Virus record (IMG/VR): IMGVR_UViG_3300010043_000004
Coordinates: 1-47,265 of that record
DNA length: 47,265 nt
Reading direction: 5' to 3' (one strand)
DNA from: a virus
Lineage: Duplodnaviria > Caudoviricetes
Positions 17,071 through 24,849 of the stretch are shown piece by piece (positions within the stretch are counted from its first letter, which is position 1; each line of letters opens with the position of its first letter). Under the pieces are notes generated by a model. That model did not search any database and had not been told where the DNA came from. It worked only from the letters and a program-made list of their open reading frames with translations. The translations under genes and the position numbers were made by a program.

Positions 17071-17286
17071 ATGCAAGCAAAAAAACCCCTGATTTCACTA
17101 TTCAAGACTGCTCAAGGTTGGATGGCAAGATTCGGCGGAGAAGACGGAGCAAAATTTGTGAAGCTGTTCGGGACTAACATCCTGCCGCTTCCGTTCACCG
17201 CAGAAGCTGAGCCTGTGCAAGTGCTTGGCACATTTCAGAAGCTTCACCCGGAAGCTGATGTTTGGCTAGAGCGGGAGGTGCGGTAA
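17071..17286 (+). CDS. Small early protein, paralogue B (alternative start at 17035)
   Basis: KTAQGWMA...LFGTNILPLPFTA...ADVWL aligns with 16160..16387. Confidence 0.8.
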   Translation: MQAKKPLISLFKTAQGWMARFGGEDGAKFVKLFGTNILPLPFTAEAEPVQVLGTFQKLHPEADVWLEREVR

Positions 17287-17609
17287 TGAAAGCCAAAGAC
17301 ATACAGATCGGCAAGAACTACGCCGTCAAAGTGAGCGGCAAGCTGGCATCCGTTGGGATTATCAGAGCGCACTTCAACGGTGGCTGGATCGGAGTGAACA
17401 ATCAGACTGGCCGCGAAATCAGAATCCGCAGTGCTGCCAGACTCCGTTATCAGTGCCCGGCATCCGATCCGAACCGCTACTTTCCGAAAGACAAGCTGCT
17501 GTCCGAACCTGTTGAGCCGAAGCCGAGCAAGTATGCTCACCTCAGAGATGCTGACCCAGAAGTAGCTAACCTGTTAGAAGCAATGCTCAAAAAGGAGAAA
17601 ACACAGTGA
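17286..17609 (+). CDS. Conserved phage protein (IGKNYAVKVSGK...GGW...TGREIRIRSAARLR)
   Basis: GGAGGT SD; SH3-like pattern. Confidence 0.75.
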   Translation: MKAKDIQIGKNYAVKVSGKLASVGIIRAHFNGGWIGVNNQTGREIRIRSAARLRYQCPASDPNRYFPKDKLLSEPVEPKPSKYAHLRDADPEVANLLEAMLKKEKTQ

Positions 17610-17932
17610 ACTTCAAAATCAGTGCCGATGAATACACACTCGCTGGGCGAATAGCCCAGCGAGCTGTAGGGATAGCTGAAGCTCAGCAGCCACACTTGAA
17701 GCGCAACAGATTGAATGAACTGCGCCGCACTTTCTTCATGGACATTACAGCAGTCCACAAGAACCTGTTCCGGCTGCGGCTGCAAGAGCTGCTCGACAGT
17801 GACAACTTCAATTTCACTCATGATGTTTTTGGGATCTATCAGCACTTGAACCGCGAGACTGGCAAGCTGGAGAACTGCTTCGTTCCGCGGTTTGCTCTGA
17901 CAAAGTCCAGGAGGTGCAGTAATGGACACTGA
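17606..17932 (+). CDS. DUF6874-like protein
   Basis: MDITAVH...LRLQELLDSDNFNFTHDVFGI..HLNRETGKLENCFVPRFA. Confidence 0.75.
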   Translation: MNFKISADEYTLAGRIAQRAVGIAEAQQPHLKRNRLNELRRTFFMDITAVHKNLFRLRLQELLDSDNFNFTHDVFGIYQHLNRETGKLENCFVPRFALTKSRRCSNGH

Positions 17933-18092
17933 ACAAGAAATCAAATTTCTGTTGCAGTCGCAGAAGTCACTCGGTGAGAACATCGAGAAACTGTACGAGA
18001 CTGTGAAAGAGCAATCTTATGAAATGCGGCGGTTCCGCAAAGTGATGCACTCTGCATTCAATACATGGCTGGAAGATGAGGAGGAGCAATGA
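17922..18092 (+). CDS. Small coiled-coil protein (56 aa), absent from the ORF track
   Basis: GGAGGT SD; coupled stop and start. Confidence 0.6.
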   Translation: MDTEQEIKFLLQSQKSLGENIEKLYETVKEQSYEMRRFRKVMHSAFNTWLEDEEEQ

Positions 18093-18331
18093 GAGTCGGC
18101 ATGGCAGTAGTCAGCGGTGAGCTTGCAAAGAAACGCAAGCTTGCTGAGCACTTGAGAGCCGCTGCACCGCTAGCACTTGAGTTGAAGCTCACCGTTGGCG
18201 GCAATGGAGTCCTAGAGTTTGCTGATGTGCTGAAAGCAGTTGCTGATCAGCTCTCAGATAGCTTGGGGCCGCAAGCAGAAGAAGACAAGCCGCTCAAAGA
18301 TACAGTGCGGCATCCGCTGTACCGATACTAA
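18089..18331 (+). CDS. Hypothetical protein
   Basis: GGAGGAG SD. Confidence 0.65.
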   Translation: MRVGMAVVSGELAKKRKLAEHLRAAAPLALELKLTVGGNGVLEFADVLKAVADQLSDSLGPQAEEDKPLKDTVRHPLYRY

Positions 18332-18436
18332 CGGCGCATAGCTTGCTGGGCTGCTTCAATCAGCTCAGCAAGCTGATGCCGTAGCCCGACGATACCACGC
18401 AGATTGATGAGAAGAAACATACAAAAGGAGAAACGA

Positions 18437-18688
18437 ATGTCAACAGACACGAAGTCACGCAAGCAGCAACTTGAAGAGCAGATTGCAGAGAAGCACGAGA
18501 TGCAGCCTGTTGGGCAAGCTTATCAATGGGAAGCTTGCGGGATTCACACAACTGAAGCTTGTGAAATCTGCGGCTTGACGCATGAATCGTATCGCAACGG
18601 GCAGAACAGCCCAGACCGCGATGAGTGGAACGACTTTCACGGCAATCAGCTGTCACTCGCAGAAGCTGCCCGTAAAGAATGCGAATGA
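18437..18688 (+). CDS. Hypothetical protein with CxxC
   Basis: AAAAGGAGAAA SD. Confidence 0.7.
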   Translation: MSTDTKSRKQQLEEQIAEKHEMQPVGQAYQWEACGIHTTEACEICGLTHESYRNGQNSPDRDEWNDFHGNQLSLAEAARKECE

Positions 18689-18698
18689 AAGGAGAAAC

Positions 18699-18980
18699 AT
18701 GAGCCGAAAGACGAACGAACATCTTGAGATGCTGATGCGGCGAGAAGCTGCTAGAGTGCTCGGCGGTGCAAAGAGTGAAGTCAAAGCCATGAAAGCTAGA
18801 GAGAACGGCCGTCGTGGCGGGAGGCCGCGCAAGTACCCCAGATGCACTAAGTTTGCTACCGGCTTTCATCAGTTCCGCAAGGGGCGTTGTCTCTGCGGCC
18901 TGACAACCAACCCAGATGACTTGCAAGTAGAAGTTGAGAAGCGGCAGAGAACTGAAATCCTAGAGAGGTGGAACTCATGA
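18699..18980 (+). CDS. Small DNA-binding protein with AT-hook-like motif and Cys/His cluster
   Basis: AARVLGGAKSEVKAMKARENGRRGGRPRK; SD. Confidence 0.75.
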   Translation: MSRKTNEHLEMLMRREAARVLGGAKSEVKAMKARENGRRGGRPRKYPRCTKFATGFHQFRKGRCLCGLTTNPDDLQVEVEKRQRTEILERWNS

Positions 18981-19192
18981 ATGTGCCCAACTTAAAGCTG
19001 AAGATTCAAATTGTCGAAGCTGAGAATGCACGGCTGCGGCAAAAGATTGAAGAGCTGCTTGACCTGCTAGAAAATGCAGTGCCGAAAAATGATGTCGTCT
19101 GGCCGGAGAAGAAAGTGGAGCAGTGGCTCACAGTTCGGCGGTATCTGAAAGAAAAAAAGGAGAATGAGAATGGCACAACTGCAACCCAGTGA
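18977..19192 (+). CDS. Coiled-coil hypothetical protein
   Basis: GAGGT SD; ATGA overlap. Confidence 0.6.
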   Translation: MNVPNLKLKIQIVEAENARLRQKIEELLDLLENAVPKNDVVWPEKKVEQWLTVRRYLKEKKENENGTTATQ

Positions 19193-19334
19193 GATGAGAA
19201 ACGTTTGTTGTATCTGCAAGAATATCTACGTCGGCTACGGCAATAACGCTCAGCCAGTGCAAGACGGAGAATGCTGCGACACTTGCAATGCAACCGTAGT
19301 GATTCCGGAGAGACTGAAAGTCTTGAAGAATTAA
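19170..19334 (+). CDS. Small Cys-rich Zn-binding phage protein (54 aa), absent from the ORF track
   Basis: CCICKNIYVGYGNNAQPV..GECCDTCN..VVIPERL, a recurrent phage motif; AAGGAG SD. Confidence 0.8.
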   Translation: MAQLQPSEMRNVCCICKNIYVGYGNNAQPVQDGECCDTCNATVVIPERLKVLKN

Positions 19335-19381
19335 GAGGAAGGCGGGACTGAGAAAAGGAGAAAGCTTAAACTCAGCCCGCC
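19333..19381 (-). terminator. Terminator between the convergent early and replication operons, with an anti-SD loop
   Basis: GGCGGG-CTGAG/CTCAG-T-CCCGCC stem then TTCCTCTT on the - strand. Confidence 0.6.
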
Positions 19382-19410
19382 GTGCTACTTGTCGATGCAG
19401 ATGTTTCATT

Positions 19411-20310
19411 CTACCATAACGGCAGCTGCTCTTGTGGTTTTCTGCCATTTCTGCTGTTTCCGCCATTTCCGGCTGCGGCCGCTAGTGCTGCAAACTCCGT
19501 ACCGAGCAGCTTCATGCCGAAATTGTTCACTTCTGGCCGCAGCTCTACATCTGGCTTGAGCTTCAGTGGGTTCTTGCGAAAAGAATCATAGTTGACATGA
19601 TGCTGATAGCGGCCCCACTTCCAGCTGATGTATGTGACATCGGGGTGCTTCTCTTGCAGCTCAGCCGCCATCTTGTAGCGGCCATCTCCTTGATAGTGCG
19701 GCGTCATGCCGCCTTGCACCGACATGGTTGGCAGCTTCTTTATCAGAAACGCATTGAATAGGACCGTGCAGAAGCCCGCCTTCAGTACTCGTAGGCAAAG
19801 ATCCGTGTCATCGTTGTAGAAGCCTTCATTTCTGAAGCCCGATTTAGTGTCGATCAGCATGTTGCTATAGACTCTGCGATTCGGCAGAAACGGCGGTATC
19901 TTCTGCTTTCTCTTGGCAAAGAATTCATAGTTCATGCCAGCAATGACGATGTTTTCATAGCGGTCTACAAACTTCTCAATTGCATACAGCACTGTGCCGT
20001 CAGCCACTCTCACTTTTTGATTCTGATTGAGACGGTAGATGTCTGAGATGTTGTCATCAAACGTCCAGTACCGCTTGCAGCTTTGCTGCTCAGCAAAGTC
20101 CCAGATGTAGTTGCGGGTAACTACTAAGCCTTTGTTCTGATGCGGCAAGATGTGCAGTCTCTCAACTGGCACTACTCTCGCGTAATTGTCAAATTCTTGC
20201 TGCTCTACAAAGGCTGTGTAGGGAATCCGCAGAGCTTCAAACATCTTGATAGTGAAGCGCGTCTCCCATCGGCCTTTCGTTGGCACGTACACTGGGTACT
20301 GCGGATTCAT
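19411..20310 (-). CDS. GREB1-related/TET-associated (TAGT) glycosyltransferase, predicted DNA base glycosylation
   Basis: YPVYVPTKGR, TRNYIWD, WTFDDNI, RVYSNMLI, YNDDTDLCLRVLKAG, GGMT, LQEKHPD, RYQHHVNY. Confidence 0.85.
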   Translation of the reverse strand: MNPQYPVYVPTKGRWETRFTIKMFEALRIPYTAFVEQQEFDNYARVVPVERLHILPHQNKGLVVTRNYIWDFAEQQSCKRYWTFDDNISDIYRLNQNQKVRVADGTVLYAIEKFVDRYENIVIAGMNYEFFAKRKQKIPPFLPNRRVYSNMLIDTKSGFRNEGFYNDDTDLCLRVLKAGFCTVLFNAFLIKKLPTMSVQGGMTPHYQGDGRYKMAAELQEKHPDVTYISWKWGRYQHHVNYDSFRKNPLKLKPDVELRPEVNNFGMKLLGTEFAALAAAAGNGGNSRNGRKPQEQLPLW

Positions 20311-21097
20311 CTTGTAAGCACCAGTATTGCGGACGGTTATTCCAGAAGTTAGTTTTGAGTTGAACATAGCCGAGTTTCTGCATCACTCGGCTAAACACTC
20401 TGCCGATATTTCTCGGCAGCACTGGGTAGGCATGATGAAAGTAGCAATCGAAGTGGCCGACAGCTTTAGCCGTGAATGAATTAGCAATAAAGAAATGTCG
20501 TGGCTGGCAGTAGCTGATAATTTTGAGCAGATGCTCAACTGGCTCTTCAAAGTGCTCAAAGTACTCTGAAGCAAACATCACATCTACGGTTGGCGGCAGA
20601 GTTTCAAGTGTGTAGAGTGCATGAAACTTGTATTCATCAGCCAGCAGCTCTGCAAACCGCGCTTGAAAGCTGTCTTTCAAGTCAGAGTAATAGCAAGCAG
20701 CATTAGGGTACAGCTGAGCAAATGCGGCGGTTGTGTAGCCAAGCCCGGCTCCGAGATCGAGCACCGTTCTCGGCTCTGGCATCACGGTCTGCATGTTCTT
20801 AATGTGCTTGCGCGAGTAGCACACAAAGCAAGCTAGCAGCTCTGCCAGATATTCTTGCTCCGTGTAGACTGAATAATCCGGCATGTTATGGTCAAACTTC
20901 AGAGATGCATACCACCTATTCATCAGCAGCTCGCTTTGAGAAGTTCCAAGCCGCTTCTCTTTTGAAGCTCTCAGATGCTTGATGGTCTGCACTGCCGTAT
21001 AGCTTAAGTGCTTAACTTCAATCGAGCTGTCTACTCTCCAGCATCGCTTAATGTAGTCATCCAGCAGTTCATTAAACTTCACAGTGAGCAAATTCAT
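20237..21097 (-). CDS. Class I SAM-dependent methyltransferase
   Basis: VLDLGAGLG, FASEYFEHF.EP. Confidence 0.85.
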   Translation of the reverse strand: MNLLTVKFNELLDDYIKRCWRVDSSIEVKHLSYTAVQTIKHLRASKEKRLGTSQSELLMNRWYASLKFDHNMPDYSVYTEQEYLAELLACFVCYSRKHIKNMQTVMPEPRTVLDLGAGLGYTTAAFAQLYPNAACYYSDLKDSFQARFAELLADEYKFHALYTLETLPPTVDVMFASEYFEHFEEPVEHLLKIISYCQPRHFFIANSFTAKAVGHFDCYFHHAYPVLPRNIGRVFSRVMQKLGYVQLKTNFWNNRPQYWCLQDESAVPSVRANERPMGDALHYQDV

Positions 21098-21219
21098 AGT
21101 ACCTTCCATCTCTGGACAGGGGCAGATGTGGATTAGCAACAGTTCCACTGCTGTTGCTATCTGCCCTCTCAAAGCGCATCAGCATTCAGCCCTTCGTGCT
21201 TTGAATTGTCCAGAGAAGT

Positions 21220-21555
21220 TCATTTTGGCTTCTGCTTGTTTCTGTACATAACTCTTGTGTCAACATATCTCAGCTTTGCCAGCTGCGCTTTCTCAGCTTC
21301 CGGGTACCAAATGAAAGCAGTTTCAGAAGTCATCGGCTGCTGCACCAGCTCTGAGAACTGCTGCAAGTGCTCAAGGCATTCAAAATGCACATAGATACTC
21401 TTCCACGGCATGAGGTCTTCTTGCACAAACTCTGGCATCTCTTGCCAGTGCTCTTCATAGAATTCTTTGACCTCTGCAAATGTCAGCTGCCCCGTCTTCA
21501 GCTCTTCTTGCTGAAAGAGCAGCTTGATTTGCTCCGTGTTGTCGCGGTGGTTCAT
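21220..21555 (-). CDS. Small partner protein of TAGT glycosyltransferases
   Basis: WQEMPEFVQED...VHF...FSELVQQPMT..T..IWYP, a motif I recall upstream of phage GREB1-like GTs. Confidence 0.7.
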   Translation of the reverse strand: MNHRDNTEQIKLLFQQEELKTGQLTFAEVKEFYEEHWQEMPEFVQEDLMPWKSIYVHFECLEHLQQFSELVQQPMTSETAFIWYPEAEKAQLAKLRYVDTRVMYRNKQKPK

Positions 21556-22226
21556 GGCAATGGATTGGGGAATACCGGGTCTGGCGCACCGCCAGTAGTC
21601 TGCACATCAAACGTTGAATCTTGCTTCAGCTCATACGTGCCGTCTTTCAGCCCAAATAGCCGCCATCTGACCCAGCCGTAGTGCTCGGCATAGACGTTTT
21701 CCTCCATTGAGTGCAAGCCATTGCCCCACTGATACGTTTGCAGCAGACAGTTTTGTGTGCCCAGCTTGCCGATAGCTAAGCTGTACGGGCCTTGCACTAA
21801 GCAGACTGTTGGCCCACCGAGGTGCTGCTCAGCTTCTAGATTGCCCTTCTTGTAGCGCTTGTAGTCTGAAGCAGACATCAAGAATTGCGTGTACGGCAGC
21901 GGGTTTAAATACCGTGCACTCCAAGCAATCCCGCCGTGATTGTGCGGCCAGCTCTTGCAAGCAAATACTTTGTAGCTGGTGGGGTCATCCCAGCCACCTT
22001 CAGCTTCCGTGATGCACTGATAGACCAGATTCTGATCGTAGTAGTTGATGTCCCACGGGTAGCCTTTGACTGACTTGCAATAATAGATCCAGCCGCTTTT
22101 TGAATCGAGCGGCCTGTGCACCGTGAACATAGGGTTAACACCTGACTGACTGCTGGCAAGGTGAAACTTGCGGGAGAAGTCTGCCGACGGAAGCATGAAT
22201 TGCAGTACATCTATTGTGGCATTCAT
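21552..22226 (-). CDS. Hypothetical beta-rich, aromatic-rich protein
   Basis: 224 aa, translationally coupled on both sides. Confidence 0.7.
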   Translation of the reverse strand: MNATIDVLQFMLPSADFSRKFHLASSQSGVNPMFTVHRPLDSKSGWIYYCKSVKGYPWDINYYDQNLVYQCITEAEGGWDDPTSYKVFACKSWPHNHGGIAWSARYLNPLPYTQFLMSASDYKRYKKGNLEAEQHLGGPTVCLVQGPYSLAIGKLGTQNCLLQTYQWGNGLHSMEENVYAEHYGWVRWRLFGLKDGTYELKQDSTFDVQTTGGAPDPVFPNPLP

Positions 22227-22522
22227 TAGAAAATTCCTTGTAAATCATCAATTGATCGAGCAAGCACGTACTTGTGTCCATAGCCTTTGACTAGCTCCTC
22301 AAAAGCTTTCTGTCTGAAAGTCTGTTGTCCTTTCTCGTTCTTCACTTCAATCCAAACCGTGCCGGGAGGTGGGCACACAATGTCGGCGGCTCCTTGACCG
22401 AGCGAGTGAGCACGGAAAGCTCGGTCTTCAAAAAAGAAGCTCCCGGTAGACAGCCGGAAGTTGAAGATCCGCTTAGCTGCCAGATAATCGCGAATTTGCT
22501 TCAAAACTTCAGCTTCTTTCAT
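22226..22522 (-). CDS. VRR-NUC family nuclease (Holliday junction resolvase-like)
   Basis: KEAEV, GAADIV, WIEVKNEKGQQTFRQK.F, YVLARS. Confidence 0.9.
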   Translation of the reverse strand: MKEAEVLKQIRDYLAAKRIFNFRLSTGSFFFEDRAFRAHSLGQGAADIVCPPPGTVWIEVKNEKGQQTFRQKAFEELVKGYGHKYVLARSIDDLQGIF

Positions 22523-22764
22523 TGCACTATTTTGATTCTTTCAAACGGCAAGCCAAGCTCTCTCTGCATATGCTGAAGCAAGAAGTCAAGCAAGAAGTAA
22601 GCCTCCATTGGGTGAATTTCTCTTTGCTCTAGCAGCTCTTGAATCTCATTGCTGATGTCAACCCAGCGGTCAACATTCTCTCGGCGTGGCTCAATCACCG
22701 TGCCCTGTGGCCCACTCTTGATGTGAGCAAACTTCTCAAGCACTTCTTTGTTTGTGGCATTCAT
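22519..22764 (-). CDS. Hypothetical protein
   Basis: GAGG SD before MNATNK. Confidence 0.6.
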   Translation of the reverse strand: MNATNKEVLEKFAHIKSGPQGTVIEPRRENVDRWVDISNEIQELLEQREIHPMEAYFLLDFLLQHMQRELGLPFERIKIVQ

Positions 22765-22957
22765 TTCTGAACCTCTCAAGCTCGTCTCTGTGTGGTGAGT
22801 GAGCAAAGGGTTTAGCTGAGCAAGTGCACATTGACCATTCACACAGAATCGAGTTCGGTATCCTGACTGTCTTTGCCGTCAGCTCCCGGCATTGCTTGTC
22901 AAACTGCCGTTTCTCTGTAGATCGCCTCCAGCTTCGTGTTTGCCATCCGTAGCCCAT
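22736..22957 (-). CDS. Hypothetical protein with Cys/His
   Basis: Fills the operon gap. Confidence 0.45.
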   Translation of the reverse strand: MGYGWQTRSWRRSTEKRQFDKQCRELTAKTVRIPNSILCEWSMCTCSAKPFAHSPHRDELERFRNECHKQRSA

Positions 22958-22963
22958 AGATGT

Positions 22964-23473
22964 CTAGTCATCCGGCTGCAACGTCTCCTCGGCCAACAGA
23001 GGTGGCCTAGCGACAGCTTTAGGAGTGCTTCTGGCTGCATTCATAGCCATTTTTCGCTTCAGCTGCTGCACCAAGCATTCCGGATCTTTTTGCACCCAGT
23101 AGTCTTGTGGCGTCAAGTTGTGCTCTTCTAAGAACTTATGCCGTCTCATGCGCTCCTCTGCTCTCTGCCGCTGCTCTTCTCTGGCAGCCTTCTGCTCTGC
23201 TCTGCGCTCTCTGGCTTCGTCTATCAAATCGAGTATCATGCCGACTTCTGGAAAGAGTTTGCCACGGTAAGCTAAGAGAGCTGCACAAATTTCTGGATCC
23301 GAGCAGCTATTCAGCTTTGCTTTCCAGTAGTCGCTTATTTGCCCCGGTACTAGGTTCTGTCTGTAGTCGATAGCCATCTGCCGAACTATGTCTGGCCATC
23401 TTGGCTCGTCGTATCTCTGGCTCGTTGTCAATTGCACGTTGGATGGTTGCAGTAACTGGCCGCGGATAGCCAT
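22964..23473 (-). CDS. Putative helicase loader-like protein downstream of the initiator
   Basis: Position; YWKAKL...AALL...FP.V pattern; AAGGAG SD. Confidence 0.5.
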   Translation of the reverse strand: MAIRGQLLQPSNVQLTTSQRYDEPRWPDIVRQMAIDYRQNLVPGQISDYWKAKLNSCSDPEICAALLAYRGKLFPEVGMILDLIDEARERRAEQKAAREEQRQRAEERMRRHKFLEEHNLTPQDYWVQKDPECLVQQLKRKMAMNAARSTPKAVARPPLLAEETLQPDD

Positions 23474-23879
23474 TCATTTCTCCTTGATAGCGCATTGCTA
23501 GCAATTTGCTGCTCTGCTCTGTAATATCTGTATATATCTGCTCTGTCTCTGTAGTAGCATGTTGGTGCAAGTTGCTAGCACCATTTGCAGAATTGCTAGC
23601 ATCATCTGTAACTTCAACAAAATTCAGCTCAATCAGCCTTTGCACGTTAGGTTTAGTGTGTAAGTAGGCCCTGCGCTGTATGTAAGCCAGATCGAGCGGA
23701 ATTTTATTGTCGTTGTCAGCTGCTAGCAAAATCAAACTAACTGCTAGCACTCTGCTAGCATCATCTAAGAGAATCCACGTCCTAGAATTCAGCAAATCAC
23801 GGTACAACCGAACCCACGGCGGATTGCGGTGCTTGTAATGCTGAAACTTCTCCCAGTTCACAATCTTGAGAACCTTCAT
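23307..23879 (-). CDS. Replication initiator/replisome organiser
   Basis: IVNWEKFQHYKHRNPPWVRLY N-terminus, ETEQ motif, internal iterons. Confidence 0.75.
   Translation of the reverse strand: MKVLKIVNWEKFQHYKHRNPPWVRLYRDLLNSRTWILLDDASRVLAVSLILLAADNDNKIPLDLAYIQRRAYLHTKPNVQRLIELNFVEVTDDASNSANGASNLHQHATTETEQIYTDITEQSSKLLAMRYQGEMNGYPRPVTATIQRAIDNEPEIRRAKMARHSSADGYRLQTEPSTGANKRLLESKAE
23496..23760. repeat. Six TGCTAGCA iterons; putative origin of replication
   Basis: At 23496, 23573, 23594, 23721, 23742 and 23753; AT-rich tract 23521-23540. Confidence 0.65.
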
Positions 23880-23882
23880 GTC

Positions 23883-24230
23883 TCACCTCACAGCAGCCCA
23901 TACAATCATTTCCCTCCGGTTACGGTTCAAAGCTCTCTCCCCTGAATCTTCTAGGAATCCGAGCCGCACCAGCTCACATCTTCTAGTGCGCCAAGTGCTT
24001 TCAGTCGGGTACTTCCAATGCAGGCGGTCTTTCAGCTGCTCATCAGTTGCTTTGCCGCCGAGCTGCAAGACCATGTTGTACACATCTCGCTGTGTCTCTT
24101 TCAGTCGCTCTGGCGTCAGCTGCTCTGCGGCAAGATGGGAAGTCTCTGGGTCACTGCTTCTTGCATGAGCAGTTGGCTTGAACAGCTCTAGGTCTGACTT
24201 CTCAAACGGCAACAGCGGTTCTATACTCAT
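23883..24230 (-). CDS. Winged-helix DNA-binding protein
   Basis: ARSSDPETSHLAA...ATDEQL...RRCELVRLGFLEDSG...IVW. Confidence 0.75.
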   Translation of the reverse strand: MSIEPLLPFEKSDLELFKPTAHARSSDPETSHLAAEQLTPERLKETQRDVYNMVLQLGGKATDEQLKDRLHWKYPTESTWRTRRCELVRLGFLEDSGERALNRNRREMIVWAAVR

Positions 24231-24849
24231 TTCTCACCGTCGTTTCTAGCTCATTCAGTTCCTGCAAGAACTGCTCAACTTCACACTCAATAGCTGAAAT
24301 CAGCTTGTCGTCTCGGTTTATGCGACGAATGTAGAGTTGCAACTCTTTGTCTTGCATCTTGGGGTTGAAGCTCACGAAGTCGCACCATTGCCGCTCAGCA
24401 CAAGCCATGCCGCCCATCATTTGCCAGAGATAAGCTTCCGGTATAGCTTTCTGCAAAACGATTTTGGTGTGGCTCGGCGGTTGTGGGCACTTGATCTCAA
24501 CCATGCCATCGCGGCCCACCAGCCCATCAGTAGAAGCAGCAAAGCCGCGGATTCTGGGGTGAGTTGCCAGCCCAATCTGCTCAACTTCAACACCTTTCAC
24601 GCTTTCATATTCGGAGCGAGCAATCGGCTCGTAGTCAACGCCCCACTGCATAGCTTCATTGACGTGATGCCACATCTGATCGTGAGTCAACCGCTCAGCC
24701 AGCAGCTCCATCATGTAGCTTTCCCGCAGCTTCGAGCGGCTGCCTCCGCGAAGCTGCTTCACAATGTCATTCAGTCGAGAAGAGGTCACTGACCCCGTAC
24801 GTGCTGTCATCCACTCGGCTGTTCTCTGCTGAAAGCTCCGATGTATCAC
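24202..24849 (-). CDS. YqaJ/lambda-exonuclease family recombination nuclease
   Basis: QRTAEW..AR.G.VTSS, MQWG..YEP.AR, ASTDGLV, EIKCP, Y.WQM, WCDFVSF.P. Confidence 0.92.
   Translation of the reverse strand: MIHRSFQQRTAEWMTARTGSVTSSRLNDIVKQLRGGSRSKLRESYMMELLAERLTHDQMWHHVNEAMQWGVDYEPIARSEYESVKGVEVEQIGLATHPRIRGFAASTDGLVGRDGMVEIKCPQPPSHTKIVLQKAIPEAYLWQMMGGMACAERQWCDFVSFNPKMQDKELQLYIRRINRDDKLISAIECEVEQFLQELNELETTVRNEYRTAVAV

Noticed and set aside
13767-17071. CRISPR array or integron
   Set aside because: Repeats are degenerate promoters 470-920 bp apart with genes between them; no attC-like structure, cas gene or integron integrase
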